Of a DNA stretch of 64,000 nt, positions 51,121 to 63,411 are shown in pieces; position 1 is the first letter of the stretch, and every line of letters starts with the position of its first letter. Where the stretch lies: the NCBI RefSeq assembly GCF_020745735.1, contig NC_083422.1, forward strand, positions 37,386,001 through 37,450,000. The letters are read 5' to 3'. Below the pieces are notes generated by a model. It searched no databases. It was not told the DNA's origin and worked only from the letters and a program-made list of their open reading frames with translations. A program made the translations under genes and the position numbers. Source of the DNA: Hemiscyllium ocellatum. Lineage: Eukaryota.

Positions 51121-53058
51121 AGGAATACACTGGGGAGGAGAAAGCTGACTTTGTCCATGACAGGGTTCAGCTACATTAGGTGATACAAGCCAGACAGAAC
51201 TTCACCTATATCCTGTTCCAAGAGAAAAGAGCAGGGTGGACTGTAAATTAATATTTGTTCATGATGCAGAAATTCGAGTTGCATTATCAGGAGTAACTTC
51301 AGCCTCTATTGGTTTCTGTAAATCAAAGCTCCTAACTATATTTGTCCAATTGTTCGTCTGTATGTGATGTTCCCCTACTGGACAACACGTACTGCAGATC
51401 TACACTGGACAATGGGGATAGGATGTACAGACAGGTAAAGAGTGTAGCTTGATGGTTAAACATCAGCTATGGAGAGAGAATGGGATTGTATGTGCAAGGG
51501 AGTGTCAGCCATGCTGGCTCTGGTCCATGGGTAGTATGGCTTGAAGGGCTGCTGTGCTATGACATTTCTGGTGAGGGACAACACCTAATTGTCAACATTT
51601 ATCTGGGTGCACAATGACCTTTCAAAGATGACACAAACAGAAGGGTATCCACTGAGTGGCAAGTGATTTCAGGAAGGGCATGAGATAAAACGGGGTGGAC
51701 ATGATATGTAACACATACCAATGGGGCACACGGTCTGTAACTAATATGGTGAGTTTGCTAAGATACGGTGATAAAACCTGCTAGGTTAGTGGAAAAGTGT
51801 CCAAAAAACCTGATACAACTTGAACTTAAATAAAACAATGTAACGTTCAGACCATAGTATCTGACAGTAGCAATGTCAGTATGCTAGGAGATAGCTTCAA
51901 ACCAGATGTTAAATCAATCTGCCTATTCTTGAGGTCCTGATATTAGAGATTCTATGGCATAATTTAGAGATCAAGAAGTTCTCCTGATATCTTGACTAAC
52001 ATTCCTCACTCTACTGTACCATTATTTACAGGCTATCTGGTCATTTATTCAACTGCTGTTCATTTGTTTGAATTTGTATTTTCCCCAACATTTACCGATA
52101 TAAAGCAAAAGATTGTACCTCTATCTTTTTAGAATATTTGAGAAATATGGCAGTGTACCAGAAAATTTAAGGCATTTCAATTCTTTTTAAAAAAACAATT
52201 ACAATAAAAATCTCTGTCCAATTCATAACACATAACATTAACAATTGGACAGCTATTCTTAAAAAATAAGTACAAAAATAACCTATAGGGTCATTTTTGC
52301 AATCCAGTTAGAGTATTGGCAGCTTTATTATAAATGATGAAATTTATGTGCTAGGTTATCATAAGTCTTTGTGCTTATAATTGCTTTGTACACTAATCTA
52401 CCAGGACAAATGTAAACACAGAATATAATTATTGCTGTGCTGAATAGAAATTATCCTAGCTACCATATTTAAAGATCAAGTAACATGCTTTCTCAACAAT
52501 AGTTGGGAAAGTTGCCTCAGTTACACCCAGAAACCAGGTTTTAATTATGCAAGATGACCTGAATAATGAAGGATTACCTTCTCGCATTTATAAAGCAGGG
52601 GAATTGTGGATATCATTTACATTGATGGATGTTGTAAGCTGATCAGAGGACTTTGTTATCATTAGAACCTTCATGGTTTAGTTAATCTTGCTGTCTAGAT
52701 AATCTAGGTTATTTCTCATGATTTTTGTCAAGAGAAAAAGAAAACAATCATTTCTTCTTTATGTTGACACTTTGCTGGCACAATCCAAAATTCACCTGAT
52801 GGCAATAGAATTTTACTCTACAAATGAAGAAAAGTGAGATTATTTTCACATTGGTAATTTGTTAAGTGAAACAGTTCACCACCACCCAGAGTCCCAGAAA
52901 TTTGTCTTCAAATGGAGTTTTCACATTGTCTTCTCCTACGCCTGAAAATATTTTTACAATATAATTTCAATTTCCACTGGCCATTCTGGGTCAGGCACTG
53001 ACACAATCTTGGGGAAGGGGTTGCATTGTGGGACTGTCAGTGGACTAGTAATCCTCAG

Positions 53059-54034
53059 GCAATCCAATAGTAATCCACAACTACCTGGGCTATAACTTCT
53101 CCCTCCCCCATAAAAATGCTATCCCTTACTCCCAATTCCTCTGCCTCCTTTACGTCTGCTCCCAGACGGACCAATTCCACTCCAGCACATCCCAGATGGC
53201 CTCCTAATTCAAAGACCACAATTTCCCCTCCCACATGGTCAACAATGCTGTCCAGCGCATCTCCTCCACTTCCTGCACCTCTGCCCTTGAACCCCACTCC
53301 TCCAACCACAACAAGGACGTAAGAGATGTAAATTCTGTGCCAATATCTCCTCACTCACCTCCATCCAATACCCCAAAGGATCCTTCCACATCTGACAGAG
53401 ATTTTCCTGCACATCCAAACACCTCACCTACCATGCCCGCTGCTCTCGATGTGGTCTCCTCTACTCTGGGGAGACAGGATGCTGAATTGTGGAGTGTTTC
53501 AGAGAACATCTCTGAGACACACGTGCCATCAATCCCACTGGCCTGTGGTCGACCACTTCAACTCCCCCTCCCACTCTGCCAAGGATATGCAAGTCTTGGG
53601 CCTTCCCTATCAAACCCTAGCCAACCGACGCCTGGAGGAAGAACATCTCATATTCTGCCTTGGGACCATCCAACCACATGAGATCAATTTCAATTTCACC
53701 AGTTTCCTCATCTTCCCTCCCCCCACTTATCCCAGATCCAACCCTCCAAATCAGCACCACCCTCTTGAACTGTCCTACCGCACACCTTCATTCCCACCTA
53801 TCTGCTCCACCCTCCACTCTGACCTATCACCATTACCTCCATCTGCATCTGCCTATTGCATTCCCAGCTATTTTTCCCCAGCCCCACCTCCCACCCGTTT
53901 ATCTCTCAGCGCCCTTAGCTGCCCCACCCACCTCCCACCACATTCCTGATGAAGAGCTCATGCTCGAAACATCAACTCCCCTGCTCCTTCGGATGCTGCC
54001 TGACTGGATGTGCTTTTCCAGTACCACAACATTT
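53059..54034 (+). mobile_element. Penelope-like fragment inserted in a tRNA SINE, 16-bp TSD
   Basis: Similar to the 18061-19839 ORF (HFNSPSHS..DMQVLGL..RRLEEE); TSD gactagtaatcctcag at 53043-53058 and 54035-54050; the SINE continues to about 54400. Confidence 0.85.
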
Positions 54035-54410
54035 GACTAGTAATCCTCAGAGCTATGTTCTGGGGACATAGAAACATTGAAACTAGTAGCAAACGCTCTG
54101 CCATTTAATATGGTCGTGGCTGATCCTGTATCAAATCCTGCCATGGCAGATAACAAAATTTAGATTCAATAAAAATCTGGCATTAAAAGGCTAACCTAAT
54201 GGCAACCATTACAATGTTGTCTATAGTTGTAAGTATTCATCTGGTAAACTAATCTTCTTTAGGAATGGAAATTTGCCATTCTTACTCGGTCTGGTTGACA
54301 TATGACTCCATACCCACAACAATGTTAACTGCCCTCTGAAATGGCTTAGCAAGCCACTCAGTTCAATGCCAATTAGAACTGGGAAATAAATGTTGGCCAT
54401 GCAGTGACAG

Positions 54411-54583
54411 AGTCGAGAGTGTGGTGCTGGAAAGCATAGCCTGTCAGGCAGCATCCGAGGAACAGGAGAATCGGCATTTTGGGCACAAGCCCTTTGTCAG
54501 GATTTCTGATGAATGGCTTATGCCCAAAACATCAATTCTCTTGCTGCTCTCTGATCTCCAGCATCTGCAGTCCTCACTTTCTC
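54411..54583. mobile_element. Penelope pLTR palindromic mini-element, diverged
   Basis: Inverted pLTR halves around ctgatgaatggcttatgccc. Confidence 0.7.
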
Positions 54584-56205
54584 TGTGGGGTGACAGGCAA
54601 ATTCCAAAAATGAATTTCATAGAGAATCTCAGAACAGAGCGATGTGAGACTGTTAGGAGTTGATGGTACTGGCACCCCTTCACTTCAGTTTGACATTGCA
54701 TGGAGTTCAACTTCAAACTTGGTTGAAGGCTCAGGGTTCCTTTGACCGAAAAACACATTTAACCAACCTGCAAACTGAAAACAGAACACAGAATACTGGA
54801 AAAACTCAGCAGTTCTGGAAGCAATGTGAAGAGAGAAATCGAGTTAACATTTTGGATCCAAAATGATTCTTCTTCAGTTCTGACATGGGCATTGCCACCT
54901 GCATTGTACAAACATTTTAAATTTAACTTAGGTGATGAGTAACATGCGTATGTGTAAGAATATAAAAAAGCATCTGCAGAATGCAGAACTTGGCCTTTTA
55001 CCAAAGTAAATGGAGCACCATACTGCCTACTTGAAAACCACAATCCTAGCTGCTATCTGAAACCTGTCTAAATACAGCCTCAAAGTTGTATGACCCAGCT
55101 TTGTACACTTGAAAACCAGTCACCTTTAGTCTTTCTTACAGAAGTTTCAATGGTGCTTTTCTTTCTGAATATAAAGATTGAGGGTAAATAGGCTGAAATG
55201 TTGAAGTGTTTTCTTCCATGATTACTTGTTCTGATATCAGTGTTCAATCCGAGTAATTGGTATAATTGGTTCCTTCTGGTGTTTATATTTTGTTTCTTGT
55301 AATATCCAGAGCCTTGCAATAAAAACCAAAAAAAATGTAAGAAAGGAAGGCTGATCACAGATGTACAAATTGTACTCGCCTTGAAACTGTTCTCTCAAAA
55401 TTTGAATATCCTGAATTAGAACAGTGCTGATGCATTGAACTGGCATTTAATGAAAAGGTCACAGGAGTACAGCAACAACTTGATTGTTTAGCATCATTAA
55501 CATGGAAAAATATCTCATAGTGACTTTCCATAGGTGAAATCAGATAAAAATGGACAAGATATAAAAATATTAGGAGGGTCAAAATGCTTTGGTTGAGAAG
55601 GTATATCAGAAGCAAAGTCTGAAAGGTGGAGATGGAGTTGAAGATGTGGAGATACTTGGCAGTGTGTATTCTAAAGAATAAGCCGAGACAGCTCTAGACA
55701 TGGCCACCAGTCATGTGGAAAGCAGAATAGAGGATCCACATGAAGTTAAAATTAGAAGGTAGAGTTTGTTACAAGTTTACAACGATCTGGCTTGAACTGT
55801 CTCTTCATTGAACAGTTGTAAGATCTCTGTGACCATGGTCACAGGACTATGGCAAGCCAATATTGCAAGGAAAATCCTATCATTTTCATTTATACTTGGG
55901 TTACCCAAGTTAGCTATGATGCACACACTGTTCTTCGACATGAGCAGTTTGTTACTGTTGTCAGTCTCTGCACATGCATTGTGGACACAGTGTTAAAATC
56001 GTACTGGTCTCTTAAAGGTATCCATGTATGTTGTTGGTCATTCATCTAGATGAGGTTCCTTCCCTAGGGACTATGGTTCACATATCACTTGTCACAGTAA
56101 CTTGTTCCATTTCCGTTGTTGAGATGCTGTCGACCTCTGGGACTGATGGCTAACCTGTGGTCTGTGCAGATGGTGAATTCGCATCTTCCTCACATCTGTC
56201 TGCAG

Positions 56206-56520
56206 TCATAGAGTCATAGAAATGTACAGCATGGAAACAGACCCTTCAGTCCAACTTGTCCATGCTGACCAGATATCTTAATCTAATTTAGTCCCACTTT
56301 AACAGCACTTGACCCACATCCCTCCAAACCCTTCCTATTCATATACCCATCCAGATTCCTTTTAAATGCTGTAATTGTACCAGCTTCCACCACTTCCTCT
56401 GGCAGCTCATTCCATACACACACCACCCTCTGTGTGAAAAAACTGCTCCTTAGGTCCCTTTTATACCTTTCCCCTCTTACCCTAAACCTATGTCCTCTAG
56501 TTTTGGACTCACCGACCCCA
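56206..56520 (-). mobile_element. CR1 LINE 3' tail
   Basis: gtcatagagtcatagaaatgtacagcatggaaacagaccc, as at 2271. Confidence 0.85.
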
Positions 56521-57304
56521 TAGCAGGGAGACCAGAATCATATGCAATACTCCAAAAGTGGCCGAACCAGATGGCTCACAAATCCTGGGATGAATGAAGG
56601 AGTGAGGAGGTCGATGCAAGTGCCAAAGTGACCACTGTTGAGTGATGCCATTCCCGCCTCCACCATCTCTGTCCCTCCCCCAGCCCCATATCCACCCCTC
56701 CCCAACCCCCACAACCCAGGTTTCAGTCTTTCCCTCAGTGTCTACCTGCTTGATTTTCCCTATTCATATGGAAGACCTCAAAGGACTTTTGTTACTTGGC
56801 ATTTCACCAGCCTCCCCATTTGAGATTGTCTAAGTTCATCACCGTCGACATCATGGTCTTCACGGAACACAAGTCGATGCTTCCGGGATTGTTTGGCAAA
56901 ATCACTGCTGTCCCCTGGCCAGTGGTAGTGATGACCCCTGTAATAACTTCTCTAATTGTGCACGTATGCCCCCGATTGGGATCTGGCTGTTTACTTCTCC
57001 AGTGTACAAATACTCTAGGCAGGTCCCAGGTTGCCACTTGGGCTAATTCTTGTTGAGAGTGTTAAAGACTAATACCCTGACTGGCTCTCCAGTGCTCAAT
57101 TCTTGCAATGGCTTGGTAGTTTTGTTGAAATGAAAAGTGGCTTTCTGCCATTTTGCCTTGATTTTGTCACTCATGGTTGTTACTACTTTGTGTTTCTTCA
57201 AAGAGTAGTTTGGATACAGTATGATATTAATCTTTGAACTGGACTGTTTTCCATGTTTCACGTAGGTATGATACTTCACTTGAAAATTGCTTTGTGTGTG
57301 TTTA

Positions 57305-57330
57305 ATATATATATAATATATATACTATAT

Positions 57331-57363
<33 letters not shown>

Positions 57364-57364
57364 A
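57305..57364. repeat. (TA)n/(TG)n microsatellite
   Basis: Seen directly. Confidence 0.9.
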
Positions 57365-58260
57365 TGATGGTGTATTTGCTTGGTTCCTGTGTGATCCCTT
57401 TGGCTATTTTTACTGCTGCCTCAGCTTTTCCGTCTGAGCAGTGACAATGTGAAGATGATGATTGGTGTTGAATTTCCCAATCCTTGATGAAGAGGCTGAA
57501 TTATTAAGTTGTGAATGGAGGGCTATTGTCACACATTGCAATATCTGGAAGGCTGGAACAACTGTAGCTTTCACACATTCCACAATTTCACTGGTAGTCA
57601 ATGAAGCGAACAGGTTCACCTCCCAATAGTCAGAAAAGTAGTCTATGGTGACCAGATAATCACCTCCTGCAAAGACAATGCACTTTGGGATGTTATGTGT
57701 CATCAGCAGCTCTCTAGCTTGTTCAGCTTGGTATTCATTGCAAGCACTGCACTGGTTGATGGTCCTTGGTTACTGTACTTTGCTCATGTTTGACCAGATG
57801 ACCACATCTACTGCACCTCAAGCTGCAACTATCATCCTAGAACCAAGTCAGAAGTCACATGACACCAGATTATAGTCCAACAGGTTTATTTGAAATCACA
57901 AGCTCTTGGAGCTGTTGGACTATAACCTGATGTTGTGTGACTTCTGACTTTGTTCACCCCGGTCCAACGTGGGCGCCTCCACATCATGGCTACCATTGCA
58001 GAACCAGAGGACATAATCTGAGAATTGCAGCCAGACTGCTCATGAGAGATGTTAGGAAGCACTTCGACAATACAAAGGGTGGTAGATTCTTGGAACACTC
58101 TTCCACAAATGACAGTGAACACTAGGTCAGTTATCAATTTTATATCTGAGATAGATAAAGTTTTGTTAAGCAAAGCTATTAAGGGATAAGAGTCAATAGC
58201 AGATATGTGGAGTGAGGCCACAGACCAGCCATGATCTCATTGACTAGTGAAACAGGCTAA

Positions 58261-58825
58261 AAACAATGACTGCAGATGCTGGAAACCAGATTCTGGATTA
58301 GTGGTGCTGGAAGAGCACAGCAGTTCAGGCAGCATCCAAAGTGCAGCGAAATCGACGTTTCGGGCAAAAGCCCTTCATCAGGAATAAAGCCTGTGAGCCT
58401 GAAGCGTGGAGAGATAAGCTAGGGGAAGGTGGGGGTGGGGAGAAAGTAGCATAGAGTACAATAGGTGAGTGGGGGAGGGGATGAAGGTGATAGGTCAGGG
58501 AGGAGAGGGTGGAGTGGATAGGTGGAAAAGGAGATAGGCAGGTAGGATAAGTCCGGACAAGTCATGGGGACAGTGCTGAGCTGGAAGTTTGGAACTAGGG
58601 TTAGGTGGGGGAAGGGGAAATGAGGAAACTGTTGAAGTCCACATTGATGCCCTGGGGTTGAAATGTTCCGAGGCGGAAGATGAGGCGTTCTTCCTCCAGG
58701 CGTCTGGTGGTGAGGGAACGGCTGTGAAGGAGGCCCAGGACCTCTATGTCCTTGGCAGAGTGGGAGGGGAAGTTGAAATGTTGGGTCATGGGGCAGTGTG
58801 GTTGATTGGTGCGGGTGTCCCGGAG
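58261..58825 (-). mobile_element. Penelope-like 3' fragment with pLTR
   Basis: HFNFPSHS..IEVLGLLH..TRRLEEERLIFRLGT; hammerhead-like core at ~58350-58386 (-). Confidence 0.85.
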
Positions 58826-60908
58826 TTTGTCCTGTTGCCTGGTTCCAATTGCAATGCTGCTGCAAGGATAGCGTGAGCCTACCTGGAATCTCACAGCATC
58901 CCTGATTTGCCTTGTCTTGCTGGCTAGTGCTGTCACAAAGCCAGGAGGCGTGTTATGGTTGTTGGCAGTCCTCAAGGGGGACAGTCTGCATTCAGGGGGT
59001 CCCAGCATAGTAAGCCTAGGGCAGCCTCTGATACCAGTCCAGTGGCTTGGACATGGTCAGTCAGCCACTCAGGATGGTCAGAGTCAGGGATTTCATAAGG
59101 GGTAGCCTGCCATCCATCTTTACTCTTTCTGTCCTATTGTGTGGGCTGTTATACTCCTGGAATGAGAGAGGGGCAGGAATTAAGGAAGATGAAAATGGGT
59201 GGCATAGTTGTTACTTTTCCTGCAGGTGGAAATATGTTCCAAATGAATGAACAGACAACACTGACAGGCAGGACTACTGTCAGGGGTTTGCTGTGACAAT
59301 AACAGCAAGTGAGGCAGAATGTTGCAGGGAGTAGTGAGAGTACTAGAGCATCAGCCTCGTTGGGAGGTGGGTGCAGGAGCCAAGATAGAGTGAGTGTGAG
59401 GGATCAGAGAGAAGTGGTGGGACTTATTCTAGTGGAGTGGAGGAGTTCATTGATACTCTTTCCACTGTTGGTCATGTCTCCAAATGGCTGAGACATAACT
59501 GACCTGGGTGGCATGATCTGCTCTGATGGTCCTGGAGGAAGAGCGCATCTTACCTCTGCACCACCCTGTCCATGAAGTGGGACACCCATTTCCTTCCAAT
59601 TTCCATCGTGCCAGGCAGCTCCAGACTAAAAATGCCTCTCTGGGTGCGCTAAGGATTTTTAAAGATGATGAAGGTAAAAGGGATGCCAAGCAAGTTGTTC
59701 CGGGAATATCATGTGGTAATTGTAATGAAGTCAGCCAGGTGGACCTTGTAGAATATGAGTTCCCTGACTGGGGCTGTTAATCTGGTCCAATCAGGGAGTT
59801 TGGCTGATAGATATAAACAGGAGTGTCAGAGGTTCTGTTCACTCTGAGAGCTGGCACTGAGGGAGCTATATCAGTACCAAGGACTCTCCATATGTAAATA
59901 AAGGGCCACTTGTGATGGGATGCTGGCTTCTGTGGTGTTACTTCAAAGCTCATGGCAACATGGGGATCAAATCAGGCATGAGGGGTGATATGGGGTGGGT
60001 TAGATAGTGAGACACATTGGTACATATAGTGAGAAATCTCACTAGTCCTTATGACAAGAGTCCTTCAAAAACTTGGACACAATGGGCATTTAGCCAAAAA
60101 AAAATGAAATTCAGCCCAATATGTCTGGTTTTCAGCTGCAGCATGCTTCTTTGTTCATTTTCTGCAGCTTCTGTAATGTCTAACAGCGTTCAGAAGCTCT
60201 CAACATTCCTGTGTTCCTCTTTTAGCAGCTGTGCTTCTAAACAGCTTTTCAACTTTCAATCTCAGCTCCACTCGGACTCTGTTATAAGCTCGTAGGACAG
60301 CATGCTAACTTATACCATCTCTTTATTGAACTGGTTGCAAAACAAATGTTGCAGTGTATTGCTCAGAGCACATATGTCACATGACTACAGGAGCCATATT
60401 TGTATAGTGTTACATTTCTAACCCAAACAGAGTTCTTGGAGTTCTAGGAGTGAAGGAAGTTACAGAGATAGTGACAGGCAAAGCCATTGAGGGAATTTAG
60501 TTTGAGATTTCGGGATAATTGAAGCCAGTGTAGGTTGACAAGCACTTAATGTAGAAGAGGGTACAGGCAATGTTTTGTCCTACTGGATACTTTGGCAATC
60601 TTGTGAAAGTAATATTAGAGATGAAGAAAGAACAATTCAAAAGGGGCTTAAAATCCACAGTGTAGATTTTTAAAACTGCAGAAACCAAAGGACTCAAATA
60701 GAAAAGAGTTAAGTCTTATAATAAGCAAGGCTTTGTTCGAAGAATGTCAATGGTATGACACAGCTTCTAACTACTGTGTTCGGTTTTAATGACACAGTAT
60801 TGAATTGACAATAGCAGAAGTTTGTTTAATTTAGTAGAAACCTTTAACAGACAGTCATTCAATCAGATCTCCCCTGCAGCTAATTCCTTTCAGAGGTATA
60901 GAATTGAG

Positions 60909-60923
60909 GTTGCCTATAGCAAC
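60909..60923. promoter_or_regulatory. RFX X-box GTTGCCTATAGCAAC
   Basis: Fits the GTNRCC(N0-3)RGYAAC consensus; about 100 bp upstream of the ATG at 61022. Confidence 0.65.
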
Positions 60924-61021
60924 ACAGTTGTCGCTGTGACGAGAGTTCCTGTTTACGGCAAGGACACCAGTGCTTTTCTAATCACGGTGATTTAGCATTT
61001 GTTCAGCTCAAGTTAGACAAA

Positions 61022-61328
61022 ATGGCTCAGGTAAGCATTACCAGACCCGCTTCACATTCAGGGTTACCATCCATGTTTCCTGAAGTGCAGCACCCTTTGT
61101 CAAGGCTGGGCAATCCTGAAACTATTTCAGTTCAGGGAGAATCGAACCTATCAAGTGGAGGACAAGGTAGTGAAAGATTTGCTTCTCAGGAATCTTCAAA
61201 TAATGGGGGTCCATTGAAAACAAGTCCCAGAAGGCGTGAATACATCTCCACTTTGGAAAATGCACTTAAAGAGCACAGTAGGGGACAAATGGACAACTGG
61301 AGAAAGCTTGATCACTGGATAAATCTCA
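61022..61328 (+). CDS. Putative first coding exon of an unidentified gene (MAQVSITRP...WRKLDHWINL)
   Basis: aaaATGg Kozak; 102 open codons of non-repeat sequence; phase-1 donor A|gtaagt. A competing donor CAG|gtaagc lies at 61031. Confidence 0.6.
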
Positions 61329-61799
61329 GTAAGTTCCACTATTAAATTCATACTGATTAGTATCTTGGGAATAAGCGTGCACCATGAATTATGTGTTCAG
61401 TGGTGTGAACATGCTCAACTGAGTCTTGCAGCTGTGAATGATATAGTGGTTCGAAGATTACGTGAGCTGGACTGGATAGTCACTCAGAAAATATGAGTCA
61501 GGAAAGCATTAAAATTCAACCTATATTGTCCAGTTTTCAAATTCTCCAGGGAAACACGCTTACTGCACAGGCTGATTCACCATGAACCATCCTTTAACAC
61601 CTCAAATAGCTGCTGGTGAAAAGAGGTCTTGGTTAGTTGCCTCTGCGCCCACAAAGGATTGACTCATGGGAGAACCTTGAAAACAAATAGAGACTTTTCA
61701 AATACTTAATGAAAACCAATTAAGAAAAAGGTTTGCATGAGCAAGTAGCCATAATGATTGAACTTTAAATAATTTTGTTTTACATTTTATAAGTAGGGT

Positions 61800-62015
61800 T
61801 GGGTTTGGAATGAACTGCCAGAGGAAGTGGTGGAGGGTGGACAATTACAAAATTTAAAAGGCATCTGGATGGGCCTATGAATAGGAAAGGTTTGGAGAGA
61901 TATGGGACAAATGATGGCAGATGGGACTAGATTTACTGAGGATATCTGATTGGCATGGACGAGTTGGACCGAAGGATCTGTTTCCATGCTGTACATCTCT
62001 ATGACTCTATGACTC
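61800..62015 (+). mobile_element. CR1 LINE 3' tail
   Basis: tggaatgaactgccagaggaagtgg...ctctatgactctatgactc. Confidence 0.85.
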
Positions 62016-62023
62016 TTTTTTTT

Positions 62024-62328
62024 TAGACTTACAGTGTGGAAACAGGCCCTTCGGCCCAACAAGTCCACACCGACCCGCCGAAGCGCAACCCACCCATACC
62101 CCTACATTTACCCCCTACCTAACACTACGGGCAATTTAGCATAGCCAATTCACCTGACCCGCACATCTTTGTGACTGTGGGAGGAAACCGGAGCACCCGG
62201 AGGAAACCCACGCAGACACGGGGAGAACGTGCAAACTCCACACAGTCAGTCGCCTGAGTCGGGAATTGAACCCAGGTCTACAGGCGCTGTGAGGCAGCAG
62301 TGCTAACCACTGTGCCACCGTGCCGCCC
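62024..62328 (-). mobile_element. HE1-type SINE, full length
   Basis: Reverse complement of the 8027 family, near-identical. Confidence 0.9.
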
Positions 62329-62390
62329 AAGGGTAAATTAAATTCACAATTCTGTAACTTTTGGATAACAAGAATGATTTTTTACATTAG

Positions 62391-62485
62391 AAAAACGGTG
62401 GGCCAGTGACCCCAGACTGGTTGATCATGATGTTGAGACAATTATCACAAGACCTGGTACACAAATGAGACTGCAAATTGATGAG
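62391..62485 (+). CDS. Putative second coding exon of the same gene (KKRWASDPRLVDHDVETIITRPGTQMRLQIDE)
   Basis: ttttttacattag acceptor, GAG|gtaaga donor; open in the phase-1 frame required by 61022-61328. Confidence 0.62.
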
Positions 62486-63204
62486 GTAAGAAATTTAGAG
62501 CTGTAGAATTAAATATTATGCATATTTAGTGTGCTGCGTTTGCATTCTCAATTTGGTGTATATATAAATTAGAGGCAATAGCAAATAAAAAATTTGAAGC
62601 TAAGGCATTATCATCGCATGGTTTGAATTTTGCTTAAAAATGAATGAGTGCACCAAGTTTAGAAAATTGTCTTGGGCCTATCACCTATCAAATACAGGAA
62701 TAGGTGTTACAAAAGGGAATATGTTTGGTCATCATGGTATTGGTAGGTGGATCCAGCAAATGGAGCCGAGATTCATTTCATGAGATCCTCATGTACGTAA
62801 CACAATTTATTCATAAAACATGATTCAGTGAATCCATCAATTAAATATCTGACTGAAAAATGTTCTTAAATTTGGGATCTCAGAAGCATAAATCCTTATT
62901 GTCTGCATTTTAGTTAAGGATCTCAGGCACATAAATGGCATCATTATACTCCTTTTTGCACATGAGCTGAAATCAACAGAAAACATATTAATTATATGTT
63001 TACTGCTGATTTTAATGATTCTCTGTGTTCAAATAGAATAGAAATAATTGCTTTACTAAGTTAAACTGATTACATATTCATAATAGATTAATTTTTTGAG
63101 TTTTTGATGCATTTTAGAATTTACGTAACAACGCAGGGATGAAATGTGATGTAATAGGTTCTTTTAAAGTATTCATTTCACTCTTTGGCTTTTTTCTTAA
63201 TCAG

Positions 63205-63411
63205 GACAAAGTGAGGACTGCAGATGCTGGAGATCAGAGTCATGAGTGTGATGCTGGAAAAGCACAGCAGATCAGACAGCTTCCGAGGAGCAGGAAAATC
63301 GAAATTTTGGACATATTCTTGAAGAAGGGCTTATGCCCGAAACATTGATTCTCCTGCTCCTCGGATGCTGCCTGACCTGCTGTGCTTTTCTAGCACCACA
63401 CTCTTGACTTG
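63205..63411. mobile_element. Penelope pLTR palindromic mini-element, 13-bp TSD
   Basis: TSD ttttcttaatcag at 63192-63204 and 63412-63424. Confidence 0.8.

Larger units (their letters stand above)
55790..60414 (-). mobile_element. Decayed Gypsy LTR retrotransposon with nested insertions
   Basis: Integrase remnants (DYLVTIDYFSDYWEV, ORF 57410-57703; KPLQELSTGEPVRV, ORF 57043-57279). Similar LTR-like segments at ~55790-55870 and ~60310-60414. Outer limits uncertain. Confidence 0.6.
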
